In this document: piece after piece, positions 47,881 to 60,450 of the stretch
How the letters are laid out: every line of letters starts with the position of its first letter
Position numbering within the stretch: position 1 is the first letter of the stretch
NCBI GenBank assembly: GCA_951406725.2
Contig: OX597841.1
Location: 22,878,001 to 22,942,000, forward strand
Direction of reading: 5' to 3'
DNA length: 64,000 nucleotides
Source of the DNA: Octopus vulgaris
Taxonomy: Eukaryota
Made by a program: the position numbers and the translations under genes
Notes under the pieces: model-generated
Told to the model about the DNA's origin: nothing
The model's input: only the letters and a program-made list of their open reading frames with translations
The model's database searches: none

Positions 47881-48162
47881 TAATGATAATAGTTAAATAA
47901 ATAAGAAAATATATTTAAACAATATTTTTTAAGAAATAAATAAAATAATAATTTTTCTTATAAAAAACTTATTATCAAACTAGAAACTTTAATGATTATG
48001 ATTATGTCATACAATCCTATTATAATGTTAAATATTAATTTTTAAGGTAAAGATAGATAGAAAATGTATTTATGTATTCAGATATAATATGGCTTAAAAA
48101 AACATAAGCTCACGAATAACCTAATCTCAGTTATAGTCATATATATATATATATATATATAT

Positions 48163-48469
48163 AGGCGCAGGAGTGGCTGTGTGGTAAGTAGCTTGATTAC
48201 CAACCACATGGTTCCGGGTTCAGTCCGACTGCATGGCAACTTGGGCAAGTGTCTTCTACTAGAGCCTCGGGCCGACCAAAGCCTTGTGAGTGGATTTGGT
48301 AGACGGAAACTGAAAGAAGCCCGTCGTATATATGTATATATATATATATGTGTGTTTGTCCCCCTAGCATCGCTTGTCAACCGATGCTGGAAGTCCCAGG
48401 GTCGAGTTGCTCGATTAAAGGCGGTGCTCCAGCATGGCTGCAGTCAAATGACTGAAACAAGTGAAAGAG
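48163..48469 (+). mobile_element. SINE family A, internally deleted
   Basis: Family A head and tail are both present. Confidence 0.75.
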
Positions 48470-48489
48470 ATATATACTGTCCCCCGTCC

Positions 48490-49575
48490 CAGGGTCTCAC
48501 GAGCCCACACTCTCAACATTGGCTCACTGAAAGGTAGGTCTGGTGAGATTGTTGAGATGCTTGAACGGAGATGTGTTGATATGTGCTGCATCCAAGAAGT
48601 AAAGTGGAGAGTAGGTTGTGCTAGGTTCCTCACAGGCAAAGAACACTGGTGCAGCAGCATAATAGTCAACTGTTACAAAGGTAAAGGTGACACTTTAGAC
48701 ACAAATAATTACAGAGGTATCAAGCTCTTGGATCAGGTAATGAAGATCACAGAGAGGGTCTTGGTTTCATGCCAGGGAAAAGCACCACTGATGCTATATT
48801 TCTGGTAAGACAGTTGCAGGAGAAATACCTAGCCAAAGATAAGCCCCTGTACATTACTTTTGTTGACATGGAGAAAGCCTTTGACAGTTCCCCCGATCCC
48901 TTATCTGGTGGTCAATGAGGAAACTAGGGATAGATGAATGGTTAGTGAGAGCCGTGCAAGCCATGTACAGGGACACTGTCAGTAAGGTGAGGGTTGGCAA
49001 TGAGTACAGTGAAGATTCAGTCCACAGCCCCCTCCTATTTATCATAGTCCTCCAGGCAATAACGGAGGAATTCAAGACAGGATGACCTTGCTCTAATTGC
49101 TGAGTCACTATCAGAACTAGAGGAGACGTTTCAAGTGTGGAAACCAGGATTAGAATCGAAGGGCCTAAGAGCCAACCTAGCTAAAACCAAAGTCCTAATA
49201 AGTAGGAAGGCAAGCAAACCACAAATCCCTTCAGGTAGATGACCCTGCTCGATTTGTAGTAGAGGTGTAGGTAGAAACTCTATAAGATGTACCCAGTGTA
49301 AGCTATGGACACATAAGAGGTGCAGCAATATCAAAGGAAGGCTAACTGGGAGGATACCTTTTGTATGTGGCAGATGCTTGGGAGCAATAAATAACACTGA
49401 AAATGTGTAGAGAACAACTTCTGCCACATTCCAGGGAGAAAAACTAGAAATAGTTGATAGCTTCTGTTACCTGGGTGACCAAGTCAGTAGCGGGGGAGGG
49501 TGCGCTGAAAGTGTACCTGCTAGAATAAGAATAGCTTGTGCTAAGTTCAGAGAGCTCTTACCTCTGCTGGTGACA
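48490..49575 (+). pseudogene. Multiply deleted RTE-clade LINE (EN, RT and Cys-rich remnants)
   Basis: TLNIGSLKG..CCIQEVKW, KGKGD..NNYRGIKLL, FVDMEKAFD, CSICSRGVG..CTQCKLWTHKRC and FCYLGD occur in shifting frames. Confidence 0.8.
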
Positions 49576-50217
49576 GTTTTTGATGGTGTGAGAGAGCAGT
49601 ACATGCCATCAAATGACACTGGGGTAAAATATACGAAGCCCAGTATACCCATCATGACTACCCGTCTGATAAGGGTACACCAGGCACATGTATCACAACC
49701 ATATGTGCACGACATGGTGATCTCATATCAAGATAAACAGCACATGACCTTGCAGGTGGGGGCCCAGTTAGAATTTTCTTCTGGTCAAGTAACCCATTCC
49801 GCTCAAAAGGTCCCTGAATAAGGGTTATTTAAGGATGTTGAACGAAACACCCATGTTTCCAGAGGTGAATTATTCAAAGCCCAAAGAATCCCTCTCAACA
49901 CATGGCTATGATGCTCCCCCACTACTTCTGCTCGTGATCAGAGATGCACATATCGTCAGCCACTAAGGGACATGCTCAACTGGTTAAGGTCAAACAACTG
50001 ACAAGCAAATCTGTGGTATTGAGCAGAATATTTGTTGTAGCCCATCTTTTATACCAACACAAAACAATGTACATGATAACACTTCCAATCAGTTAAGATT
50101 AAGCAAATCTGTGGTATTGAGCAGAATATCTGCTGTAGTCCATCTTTTATACCAAAACAAAACAATGTGCATGATAACACTTCCAATCTATTATTATTAT
50201 TAACATCATATCATTAT

Positions 50218-50465
50218 TAAGAAGGGTTCCACAATGCTTTGCGCTCATCACTAACATCCACACATCCAAATTTGTGGAAACTATGCACTGCCCTTACATC
50301 TGAGGAGGGATTAAACCAGACAAAAATTGCACACGTTCGACGTGGAGGAACAACAAAAAAGACCTATCAAATTACTGATGCACGACTGAAGAAGTTAGTT
50401 CAGGAACATCAAAATGAAAATCCTCTGCAATTTTTATGAAGTATTACACACAATTTGTGTTTAGA
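50218..50465 (+). mobile_element. MULE-like transposase C-terminal remnant
   Basis: EGFHNALRSSLTSTHPNLWKLCTALTSEE resembles the MULE EGxHN...HPNIW motif. Confidence 0.6.
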
Positions 50466-50658
50466 AATTTTTTTTAAGTAAAATAAATTTTCTTATTTTT
50501 ACTCTATTTCACAATGTACTCACTGTTATTATTTTTTTTTATCCTATTGTTATAATAAAATGTGTGTGAAAATTTTATCTTTTCTTCCTTTATCTCAAAT
50601 TATTTTTGAAATTTTGTGATGAGTCTTCTTCATAGATTCTTGCTCAATGGGAGAACAT

Positions 50659-51050
50659 TAACCCTTTCGTTACTGTATTTATTTTGAGATGCTCTGTGTT
50701 TCTTTCAATTACTTTATAACAAAGAATTTAGTAAAATAACTTAGTTATCATTCATCTAGTGTTAGGAACATAAATTGTGACTAAGGTTTGATGGAAGATT
50801 TTAATTCAGAACTTTTGAAAACAAGACATTTGTACAACAGAGCCAGAGGCGGTTTCAGTCGTATTGGTATCGAAAAGGTTAAATATAACAAAGAATTTAA
50901 TAAAATAACTTAGTTATCATTAAGTTAGTGCTAGGAACATAAATTGTGACTGAGGTTTGGTGGAAGATTTTAATTCAAAACTTATGAAAACAAAACATTT
51001 GTACTCACAGCGATAAGTGGTTTCAGCCGGGTTGGTATTGAAAGGGTTAA
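50659..51050. mobile_element. piggyBac-type MITE with an internal duplication
   Basis: TTAA-CCCTTTC...GAAAGGG-TTAA termini; related fragments at 44207-44860. Confidence 0.7.
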
Positions 51051-51466
51051 ATTGATCCCATCTCAATTCAAGTAGATTATAAAGATTATCTTCTATCTCA
51101 CCTTCAGACTCTCTCTCTCTCTTCTTAAGACTTGAGAGATAGACAGATTAAATAACACAGGTACTGGCCCACGGTCTAGAGAAACTGACCACAGTGATTA
51201 TTAGCGGGTGGAATTTACCTATGTTGTTTTTGTTGTTGGCGGCTCTACTGGCTTCGTTTTGCTGCTTTCACCGTCCGGTGAGGGTTTCTCATTTGCTGAG
51301 CGTTGACGCACGCGAGTTTCTCAGGGCCAGTAAATTGCGGGTCGTTTGTGTGGGGACCAGTAGTGGCACCGGAGGGGCCGCGTGCAGGATAACAATATAC
51401 ATGTTTAATGCGTAACTTCGGCAGATGTACCGGTGGAAGTACCGGATACATTTCAAGAAAGTGTTT

Positions 51467-51775
51467 TTGGCGATGTTACGGTACAAGTACCGGTGTACTT
51501 TTCAAAAAACTTTTTTTTAATATATATGGGGGGTTATGGTTTCTGTTAGGGTTAGGGTTTGTGTTAGGGGTGGGAGAAAAGGGTTTCTGTTATCTTCAGA
51601 AATGTAAACAAAGTCACGTGTGTACATATACCGAAGCATAGTCACATACCCTAACCCAAACCCTAACAGAAACCCTAACCTTAACCCTAACACCCCATAT
51701 ATAAAAAAAACACTTTTTTGAAATGTATCTGGTACTTTCAGAAGTACACCGATACTTATACCGTAGCAACGCCAA
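51467..51775. mobile_element. Inverted-repeat element with inward telomere-like TTAGGG/CCCTAA tracts
   Basis: TTGGCGATGTTACGGTACAAGTA and TACTTATACCGTAGCAACGCCAA are inverted; related sequence at 34881-35040. Confidence 0.65.
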
Positions 51776-52398
51776 CGACGGGTTGGATCATTTGAAAGAA
51801 TGGCATTTCTGAATGTACTAAATTTTGTTGGGGACTTTTAACCTATGTCACCGATACATTCATCGTTTCGGCAATTTAATTGTTATAATGTGTAATAATT
51901 ATATTACGAGGACATATTAATGTTTGTGGACGACATCCGATTGCCTACATGTTTCAGGGTCAGTGTTCTATCACCTTCATCATTAATTAATTCCATCATA
52001 AATGAAGTTACATCGTCGATTGTTTGTAACTCATTCGGAATATCATTGCGCGCACCTTACAATCGTTAATGGAAAATTGCATCGCCCTGTCTTTCAATGA
52101 TTTACTATTATGCTAAGGGATTGTTTTGTTATAAGCTGCGAGAAAAAACAAAATGTTCACCTGAAGTTCTGTTACCTGTCATTTATGATCTCTCTCTAAA
52201 ATCGTTTTTGCCTTTATTAAATTATATCCAAATCTCTTAAAAGAGAAAAGAGACGACCCAGTTGACAATCTGCATTTTCGTAGCGAATAGAATATATATC
52301 TGCATTGCATATTTTCCACAAACGTTATCAAAATTCTTATGAGATTCAAGACAAGGAACTGGATCGTTATATATTAATATATTCCTGAATTCTGAAGA

Positions 52399-53556
52399 AT
52401 GAAAATGCAGGACATTAATCGGTTGAACACTTCTAACCCGACTGTTCAGACCGATACAGAAACAGTTACACGGACATTCAGCGACGAAAAGCCTTTAATT
52501 AATGAATCTAAAGAAAGGTTATTAGATAAAAGGAATATTCCTGAATATCGCTGTGAGATTTGTAGGAAAACATTCTCTTCAGAACAGGAAGTTTTAACGC
52601 ACAAAGAAATACACAAAACAGAGAAACTATATCGATGTGAAACGTGTGAGAAAGATTTTGCTACTAATCGTTATTTAACAAAACACAAAAAATTACACAG
52701 TGAAGAAAAACCATATCAGTGTGAATTATGTGAGAAATCATTCGTCTGTAAAAGTTATTTAACAAAGCACAAACGAATACATACAGCGGAAAAAAAGTAT
52801 CGTTGTGAAACGTGTGAGAAAACATTCTTTGAAGAATATGATCTTGTAGTTCACGTTAGAATCCACACGGGTGAAAAAAACTATCGTTGTGAAATGTGTG
52901 GTAAATCATTCTCTCAACGTTCTACTCTTATACCTCATCGACGAATACACAGTGGGGAAAGGCCTTTTCACTGTGATATATGTGGGAAAAGTTTTGTGAT
53001 CAAATCTGATTTGAAAAACCACGTGAGGGTACATACGGGAGAGAAACCCTACACCTGTGATCTCTGTGGCAAATCGTTCACCGTTAGCAGCCACTTAAAA
53101 TCCCACAGGAGGATTCATACGGGAGAACGACCATTCCGCTGTAAAATTTGTGGGAAATCTTTCAGTGAGAATTCCAGTCTTGTAGATCACCAACGGAAGC
53201 ATGCTGGGGAAAAACGCCATCGTTGTGAAATATGCGATAAGTATTTTCATTCTAATGGCAAGTTAACAGCACACAGGCGGGTACACACAGGAGAAAGGCC
53301 CTATCGTTGCGAAACATGTGGTCAGTCTTTTAAAAATAATTCTCATTTAAAGACCCACAAACGAATCCATAGTGGGGAGAAACCCTTCCATTGTGAAACA
53401 TGTGGTAAATGGTTCTCTGATAGTTCTGGTTTTATAGTTCACAAAAGGATTCATACCCGGGATAAACGCTTCATGTGTAAAACGTGTGGGAAATCATTTT
53501 GTGTGAAATCAAATCTTGTTGTTCACCAAAGAATACACAGTGCAATAAACCCATAG
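52399..53556 (+). CDS. C2H2 zinc-finger protein, 12 fingers, 385 aa (ZNF-F)
   Basis: Twelve CxxC-x12-HxxxH repeats and an ATG start. Confidence 0.9.
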   Translation: MKMQDINRLNTSNPTVQTDTETVTRTFSDEKPLINESKERLLDKRNIPEYRCEICRKTFSSEQEVLTHKEIHKTEKLYRCETCEKDFATNRYLTKHKKLHSEEKPYQCELCEKSFVCKSYLTKHKRIHTAEKKYRCETCEKTFFEEYDLVVHVRIHTGEKNYRCEMCGKSFSQRSTLIPHRRIHSGERPFHCDICGKSFVIKSDLKNHVRVHTGEKPYTCDLCGKSFTVSSHLKSHRRIHTGERPFRCKICGKSFSENSSLVDHQRKHAGEKRHRCEICDKYFHSNGKLTAHRRVHTGERPYRCETCGQSFKNNSHLKTHKRIHSGEKPFHCETCGKWFSDSSGFIVHKRIHTRDKRFMCKTCGKSFCVKSNLVVHQRIHSAINP

Positions 53557-53959
53557 AAATATTTTCGATCAGTGATTTTTTAAAAAAGGGCTTAAGAATC
53601 CACCCTGGAGAAAAACCGTTCTAGTGTTCATATACACAGTGACACGAGAGAAAGGCTTTTTCATTGTGAAATCTTTTAGCACTAATGGTCCCTTAGAAAG
53701 ACCAACAAATACACACAAGCGGAAATTCTTTTAACAGACAAATGTAAGAAAATTTCTTACAGTCCCCCAACATTGAAGAATATCCATTGTGGGCATGTGT
53801 TGTAAGAATCAATCTTTTACAGATTTTATCTGAGAGAAAGAGCCTTTATCTTAACCCTTTAGCACTCACACCTGACACCAACATCAGCCACGTGATTGTT
53901 TACTTTTAGAATGACATTGTAGGGTAGGTGTGAGAATCTGGTTTCAGTATAAAGATGGA

Positions 53960-54229
53960 AACTACCACCTGTGTCATCTCTTGTGAAAGGTAGGAGAGTC
54001 CAGTTTGCTGGACATTGTTGTAGAGCTGAAAAAGAGGTAATTTCTACTCTTCTCCTCTGGAAGCCATCTACTCGCGATACCAGAGGGCGCACACTCTCCT
54101 ACCCTGATGTAATCTCCAGGGATACAGGCATCCAGCAACAGGACCTCCGTAATGCCATGATGGACCATGAAGTCTGGCATAGCATAGTAAATTATATTGT
54201 TTCGACCACGGTCGAACAATGATGATGAT
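53960..54229 (+). mobile_element. RTE-like LINE 3' end
   Basis: RRVQFAGHCCRAE...LLLWKP...LRNAMMDHEVW followed by a (GAT)n tail. Confidence 0.75.
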
Positions 54230-55439
54230 AAAGATGGATACAGCTAGTGTAATGCTTTAGCATCCAGATTCCTGTGTAAAATGTAATGCTTATTTATTCG
54301 CATAGTTTTGAATTAATCCTGCATTATCTCAGAGCTTTGAAATTTCTTCTAAACTTCTAATCCACTGACATTGAAGAATATTTATCATGAGCAAGCATTA
54401 TGGAAATCATTCTTTTGCAGATTTCATCTCAGAGAAAAAGCCTCTACCTTAATGCATTTGGCAAATCCATCATTATGAACGATAAAGACACACTCATTAA
54501 TCCTGATTAATATACAGTAAGGAAAAACCATGCCACTGTTGAAATCTGTAGAATATATCTTCAATCAAACAGTGATTTAAGCAAACACGTAAGAATACTC
54601 ACCAGAGGATCCACACTGCAGGGGATAATAAGAAAAAATGGAAGGGTAAAAGATTCTATGTATGAAATTTGTGGAAAATTATACATTCAAAAGCCATGTT
54701 AATCATAAGCAAATATGTCCAGAAGAAAAATATTCAAATAATTTGTTGAGAATATTCTTTGCAAATCTTTTAGCATTAATGGTCTCTTAAAAAGACAAAT
54801 GCATACAAAAGGAAAATCTTTTCATAGCTGAATGTAAGAAAATTTCTTACACACCCGGACTTACAATCCACCAATATTGAAGAATATTTATTGTGGGCAA
54901 GCATTATGGAAATCATTCTTTTTCAGATTTCATCTCAGATGAAAAAGCTTAATTTATTTGGAAAATCCATCCTTATGAATTAAAAACACTCCCTCATTAA
55001 TCTTGATCAGAATAATGCAGGGGTTAGACGCCAATATGTCTATGAGAAAATTCTCTTTTTGACTGACTTTGTCCTGACATTGTAGCCTTGCCACTGTCTC
55101 TGTCCTCAAAACACTGGTGACAGTGTCCCAAACGTGCTTCTTCTCAGCACATCAAACGTTTTCAGCAATACCACTGCCATGCCAGTAGCTATGCTACCTG
55201 CAACATCATTGATACCAACCAACAAACCCAGTAAATTCTTGTCTTTTTCTCTTTGTCAAACAAGAATCTGTCAGCATCACATGCCTGCAATCAGTTCATA
55301 TTGGGTCCCTAATGACATCAGCCTCACCGTTTGCACAAACTGGATACTCTTCATGATGGTAACCACTTTACAGAGTGCACTGGACATATTACACAGCACC
55401 AGGGTGTTATATGACTTTTTTGACTTGAGACAGCATTCA

Positions 55440-55770
55440 CCCGGGGTGGGTTGAGCTGGCTTCATTCATCCTCAATGCTGCATTTCTCAGAAACGCCGAC
55501 CAGGCCTGGCGATTTGAGGCTAATGACCGCATGATTTCCAACCACTCCTTATTCCAGCAGCGAACGCCAAAGATATGGGGGCCTAGGTTGGGTTCCAGAT
55601 CAGCCTTGACTGTCATCAGCCAGGTTTTTCGTTGTCCATGTAGGGTCCTAGGTTGGGTTCCAGATCAGCCTTGACTGTCATCAGCCAGGTTTTTCGTTGT
55701 CCATGTAGGGTCCTAGGTTGGGTTCCAGATCAGCCTTGACTGTCATCAGCCAGGTTTTTCGTTGTCCACC
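55440..55770 (-). mobile_element. RTE-like 3' fragment containing three copies of a 65 bp repeat
   Basis: Minus strand reads GQRKTWLMTVKADLEPNLGP...LASNRQAWS; repeat units start at 55582, 55647 and 55712. Confidence 0.65.
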
Positions 55771-56929
55771 ACATCACTTTTGAAACCCTGAAGGGGTGCT
55801 ATGTGGCACCGGCATGGGTGCTTTTTCTTATGTGACACCAGAAATATACATAAAATTACTGTCGACAGAAGATGCAACCCTACTTCTGCTCCTAAGTTTA
55901 TGATACCAATCCACTGGTCGTCAATATAAATGCACATTAATATGCAACTATCAACTCATTGGTGTGCTTGCACTTTAATATGTACAACTTCAGTCACTCA
56001 CTCACTCTTAGCTGCACTCACCTGGCTCTTGTACTTACATATATCTTCATCAGTTATTCCTTCATAGTATTTTTACAATTATACTCTGGCCTAACATTTA
56101 GCCAACATTTTTAGTCTTGCATCACCCATTTTTTAACACATGCTCCTTTATACAATCCACATTTGCAGTTCCTGTGCCATTCTTATCATCATCATCATCT
56201 TCATTTAACATCTGCTTTCCATGATTGCATGGGTTAGATGGTTTGACAGGTGCTGGCTAGTGAGAAGACTGCACCAGGCCTCAGTGTCTGTTTTGGCATT
56301 GTTTTTTTACAGCTGGATGTCCTGCCTAACACCAACCACTCTGCAGAGCGGTTTCCATTTACTACGAACATACATTTCACTGGTAGGAGAGTCATGAGGT
56401 GGGAATATTTAGCAATCGGATCTCTACATCCAATCTCCATCATTCACTAGAATATTATTTACACGATAAAAAGCTAAACTAATCACGACTTTGTGTGAAA
56501 TAGACTCCAGGAATAATTTCATCTTTTGGCAAGCTTGTTTCTGAGCCTAACCATCAATATAAATGCAGCATGGCTACTTGTCAGAGAGCATTGGGTTAGA
56601 GCAGAGAGAACAGTGAAAGACAGCAGAGATGAGGCAACGAGTATCCATAGACAGATGCTGACAACATCCACAATGAACGATCAGCAACAACAACACAACG
56701 ACTCTCATTTCACTTTCTCACTGTTGTAACAATAACATTTAAACTCTTTTGACATTCTGTCATTCATAGCACAGACATTGCTTATATTTTTGTGTAGGAA
56801 AAGAATAAAATTTTGTCTATCAAAAATTGCAACAGATTCAGTATTATTCTTTATACATCATCATCTTCATCATTGTCCTAATCGATATAGCAAGCCCAGC
56901 TGACACCAAGGTATGCGATAAGTCGAGAG

Positions 56930-57135
56930 ATATGACAGGTTAGCTTGGGACGTTTAAGCAGTTGTGGTCGATGAAAAAGATAGCAGTAGTACCAATAATT
57001 GTCGGAGCCTTGGAAACAGTGAGCAAAAATCTCGAGAAATATGTGGAACAAATAGGGGCCGCAATAAGGGTGGAGCACTTGCAGAAAACAGCATTGCTTG
57101 GAACCGCCCGAATACTCCGGAAGGTGCTGAAAAAA
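56930..57135 (+). mobile_element. C-terminus of an R4/NeSL-like (restriction-like endonuclease) non-LTR element
   Basis: LKQLWSMKKIAVVPIIVGALETV...LQKTALLGTARILRKVL. Confidence 0.65.
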
Positions 57136-57599
57136 TAAGAGGTATTACCTTTAACATCTGTTATCCATGCTGGCATGGGTCGGATTGGTTGGCTGAAGCT
57201 GGAGATCTGCACCAGGTTCCACTCTGATTTGGCTTGGTTTCTATGGCTGGATGCCCTTCCTAATGCCAACCACTTCACAAAGTGTATTGGGTGCTTTTAA
57301 TGTGGCAATGGCATGAACACGTTTACATGACATCAGCACAGGACTGTTGCAGGCTAATCCTTTTCATCAGGCAGTGGTGGCTCATTGATAAAATTAGGAG
57401 GGTTGCTGCTTCAGAAAAGTTTTAGCCATTGGTTTCATATTGTGTAAAAGGAAAATTTATACATTTAGGCGCAGGAGTGGCTGTGTGGTAAGTAGCTTGC
57501 TAACCAACACATAGAAGGTACCTGTACTAGTGATATGTCTATGTATGATGATGCCTCTGGAACCACTAACTTGGGATGACCCCAGACCCATAAAGCAAG

Positions 57600-58425
57600 A
57601 GCATGAAGCTGTCAATCCTCTTTTTCAGGGTGTTTGAGAGGGCCCACGTTTCTGCTCCATAGAAGAGAATGGTGAGGGCCAATGTATTGTAGATGCAGAA
57701 CTTCATCTTCTGGGAGATGAAGCAGTGGAAGCAAAGGGGCTTCCATTGAGGGTACACGACTCCAGCATCCAGTCTACATCTGCAGTCAATCTCCAGGGTC
57801 TTTTATGTGTCACAGGCACAGGTGCCTTCTATGTGTCACCAGCACGTGCCTTTAACATGTCACTGTGTACCTATTTCATGTCACTGACACAGGTGCCTTG
57901 TACGTTTCACCAGCATGGGTGCCCTTTATGGTTCACTGGCACAGGTGCCTTGTACGTTTCACCAGCATGGGTGCCCTTTATGGTTCACTGGCACAGGTGC
58001 CTTGTACATTTCACCAGCATGGGTGCCCTTTACGGTTCACTGGCACAGGTGCCATTTAAGTGCAACCAGCATTGGTTCTCTGACCTTTTATGTGGCACTT
58101 TTACATGGCCCTGCACAGGTGCTTATATGTGACACTGCATGGGTTCTACAACACAGTGCCACATGGGCGCTTTTTCGTGACACTGCCAGGAGTACCTTTT
58201 ACATAGCACCAGCCCAGGACTCTTGCAGATCAACCCTCATCAGTGGAGGAACTGGTCTTAGCACTTCTGCTGCTCTATCTCTCAGACGAAGCTCTGCATC
58301 TACTATGCATTGATCTTCACCATCCTCCTCTATGGAGCAGAAATGTGACCCGCTGGAAGACCCTGGCAAAGAGGATTGACAGCTTTGGTAGCAGAGTCCT
58401 GAGAACGGTCAAGAACTTCAGATGG
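57600..58425. mobile_element. Two oppositely oriented RTE fragments flanking a 52 bp minisatellite
   Basis: IYNTLALTILFYGAETW on the minus strand (~57600-57720) and IYYALIFTILLYGAE on the plus strand (~58285-58425); three 52 bp units at ~57882-58052. Confidence 0.65.
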
Positions 58426-58457
58426 TACCATCATCATCATCATCATCGTTTAGTGTC

Positions 58458-58623
58458 CGCTTTCCATGCTGGCATGGGTTGGACGGTTCAACTGGGGTCT
58501 GGGAAACTAGAAGGCTGCACCAGGCCCAGTCTGATCTGGCAATGTTTCAAACTGGGCCTGGTGCAGTCTTCTGGCTTCTCAGACCCCAGTTGAACCGTCC
58601 AACCCATGCCAGCATGGAAAGCG
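58458..58623. repeat. Inverted pair of family D tails forming a hairpin
   Basis: Arms of ~72 bp (CGCTTTCCATGCTGGCATGG / CCATGCCAGCATGGAAAGCG) with a 20 nt spacer. Confidence 0.85.
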
Positions 58624-59234
58624 AACTGTGTGCACACACATCAGCCTGCAGCCTACCACCTTACAGTCTTCTTGAGCGCAGCAAGGTATCAGGCATCTTG
58701 GTCCTTTGTCATCCCACCAGCAAGGTTCAGCATCCTCATTTTATACTTATAAAAAACATCTAGTCCACACTGTAAATTGGTTGGCATTTGGAAGAGCAAC
58801 CAGCTGTAAAAAGCCATGCCAAAATAGATTTCACTGGTGCTGGTTCCACATAAAAAGCATCCAGTCTACACTGTAAAGTGGTTGGTGTTTGGAAGGACAT
58901 TCACCTTCCCAACCATAAGGTAGGGTTCAGTCTCATTATGTGACACCTTGGGCAAGTGTCTTCTACTATAGCCTTGAATCGATGAAAACCTCAAATTGAT
59001 TGGGAAGGTAGAAACTGAAAATAAGTCCATTGCCTGTGTATGTTGGTATCTGTCCCCACCACCACCACCATCACTTGACAACTGGTGTTGGTGTGTTTAC
59101 AACCCTGTAACTTAGTGGTTCAGTAAAAGACACTGATAAGTACTGGTATGGGTTCATTCAGCTATAAATTCTTCAAGGTGGTGCTCCAGCATGGCTACAA
59201 CCTTGTGACTGAAACAAGTAAAATATGAAAGATA

Positions 59235-59753
59235 TACGGAGATGTACTTGCATAGCAAGTGATTTGATCTGAGATCGTGTGCTGAAACGAAAACAATTGC
59301 AGCGTGGAAGGTGTTTATAAGCCATTTAAGAAACACACAAAAGCCGTTCGATTCACTTCAACATTTAATTTGTCAATATATATATATATTACGGAGGTGT
59401 ACTTGCATAGCAAGTGATTTGATCTGAGATTGTGTGCTGAAACGAAAACAATTGCAGCGTGGAAGGTGTTTGTAAGCCATTTAAGAAACACAAAAGCCGT
59501 TCGATTCACTTCAACATTTAATTTGTCAATATATATATATATTACGGAGGTGTACTTGCATAGCAAGTGATTTGATCTGAGATTGTGTGCTGAAACGAAA
59601 ACAATTGCAGCGTGGAAGGTGTTTGTAAGCCATTTAAGAAACACACAAAAGCCGTTCGATTCACTTCAACATTTAAGTTTAATTTGTCAAAATATTTTCG
59701 TCGCTATAAGACCGCGACCTGTTCACTGACAAAAATCCATGCTGAATAAGGTT

Positions 59754-59791
<38 letters not shown>

Positions 59792-59935
59792 CAATTGCAG
59801 CGTAGAAGGTGTTTGTAAGCCATTTAAGAAACACACAAAAGCCGATTGATTCACTTCAACATTTAAGTTTAATTTGTCAAAATATTTTCGTCACTTTAAA
59901 ACCGTGACCTGTTTACTGACAAAAATCCGTGCTGC
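59235..59935 (-). repeat. Tandem ~153 bp repeats of an element carrying the G3-C8 hammerhead-like motif (59683-59733 and 59873-59923)
   Basis: TACGGAG.TGTACTTGCATAGCAAGTG at 59235, 59390 and 59543; the right part is the reverse complement of 27340-27445. Confidence 0.8.
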
Positions 59936-60219
59936 ATCTCTCATAAAAGATATATATATCCTTAAATTCTGTTGTAAAATATTTTCTTGTATGTCTTGTT
60001 CGTTAATTGCAATACACTTTGTTCAAAAGAGAACACTGGAGTCTGATGAGATTTTAGATAAACAGAACTTTATTCTTTTCATACACAAACAACAAATATT
60101 GTTGTTGACAAAATATTGAGAGAGGTTTTGTTCTTGGTGTAGTTGTAGCAGCAGATAACATGTGGTTAGTTGCTTGCCATCGACTGACTTCTAATGTCAT
60201 TCATTCTTCAACTGTTCCC

Positions 60220-60450
60220 GTCTAGGTTCCCCACCTAGATGGATGCAGGTGAGCTGCTAGATGTAGGAAAGAGTGAGAGAAAGTTGTGGCAAAAGAGTCA
60301 GCAGAAGTTCACCATTACCTTCTGCCAGAGCCGCACGGAGCTTAGGTGTGTCACTCATACACACACACACACATCACCCGCTCTGAGACTCAAACCCGCG
60401 ATCCCTCGACTGTGAGTTCACTGCTCTAACCACTAGGCCATGTGCCTCCA
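60220..60450 (-). mobile_element. SINE, family B-related
   Basis: Minus-strand head GTGGAGGCACATGGCCTAGTGGTTAGAGCAG. Confidence 0.7.

Noticed and set aside
60040-60070. CTGATGAG as a hammerhead core (also CTGAAGAG at 17636 and CTGATGA at 24724)
   Set aside because: There is no properly placed stem II followed by GAAA.
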